A DNA stretch of 64,000 nucleotides from Tubiluchus corallicola (lineage: Eukaryota > Animalia > Priapulida). A model generated the notes under the pieces. That model was not told the origin of the DNA, made no database searches, and saw only the letters and a program-made list of their open reading frames with translations. Made by a program: the position numbers and the translations under genes. Positions 63,174 to 64,000 of the stretch are shown piece after piece; the first letter of the stretch is position 1, and each line of letters starts with the position of its first letter. The stretch spans positions 186,001 to 250,000 of the forward strand of contig JAQGDQ010000197.1 in NCBI GenBank assembly GCA_030141605.1, read 5' to 3'.

Positions 63174-64000
63174 ATGATGTCTCTCCACAACAGCAGTGAT
63201 GCAAACCTTTTAACAAACAATGAAACTGCTATTACATGCATTGCTACTACTTGGCTAACTTCATTGATCTATGATGTGCTGTATCAGTTTTTGAGCATTG
63301 GCAAATTGCATTTGTAATATAGCTATTTTGAAATTTCGTGATCTACAGACGACAAGTAACTTATTCGTGTGCAATCTCTCTGTCACAGACCTGCTCATGG
63401 GTATTTCGCTGCTTCGCTTGCTATATAGAAACCTATGTACTTTGTTTAGCACAAAACAACTAACGGAAATATATGTTGGCATGTATGTCGTAATACAAGC
63501 ATTAGGTGGAGAATCTGTTGTTATGCTGCTCCTCGTGACAGTGGATCGCTATGTGGCGATTGTTTATCCACTGCAATATCATAACATTATTAAACCAGTG
63601 AGGGTGAAAAGGGCTATAGTTCTTACGTGGTTATACTCTTTTTTTGCTTGGGCAATTTATTGACGACATATAGAGGTGTTGAAATACCTCTGCAGCACTG
63701 CGGATTTTTACAAATTATAGATGATACTGGCGTGTACATAATTGCAACCCATTTTCTGTTCATTGTGTTGATAATGTTAACAGCTTACTTACAAATCATG
63801 TCAATTGCACGTAACCATTTAGTTAGGATTTCTCAAGCTATGCATCAAGATCTTACACTCTTACAATATGTAAAGCAAGCAAAGATTATGTTTATTGTTA
63901 TTGGTACATTTGTTATCTGTTGGTTGCCTTTTAATATTGTTGTCATTGTCCACAAAGCCAGAGTACACGAACAACATCAGTTTGCCAGGGACTTTACCTA
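63174..64000 (+). pseudogene. Class A (rhodopsin-like) GPCR, intronless, probable pseudogene, 3' partial
   Basis: N-glycosylation sequons (NSS, NET); TM2 NLSVTDLLMG; TM3 TVDRYVAIVYPLQY; TM5 AYLQIMSIAR; TM6 GTFVICWLPF; frameshift near 63297, TGA at 63661, frameshift near 63716. Confidence 0.9.

Overview
AT-rich eukaryotic (invertebrate animal) genomic DNA; no prokaryotic genes, rRNA, intact tRNA or CRISPR array seen. The left 27.5 kb holds most of a spliced liprin-beta gene (PPFIBP1/2 ortholog, + strand). I traced 21 GT-AG coding exons by hand, all phase-compatible, covering the N-terminal coiled coil, three SAM domains and a C-terminal -SDV PDZ ligand; the gene's first exon(s) lie upstream of the window. 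The right 36 kb is mostly decayed LINEs, MITEs and microsatellites, plus a trypsin-family pseudogene split by a hAT MITE, a frameshifted intronless class A GPCR running off the window end, and possible Ig-like orphan exons. Best leads: a ~50-bp tandem array copied from an exon/5' splice-site junction, a large alternative N-terminal exon with a second open frame, candidate truncating and alternative last exons with clustered TGCATG motifs, a Penelope-type minimal hammerhead ribozyme with a U3-A8 core, a telomere-repeat-carrying MITE family, and a ~270-bp AAT/ATT palindrome. Family calls come from recalled motifs, not database searches, and I found no clear wholly new system.
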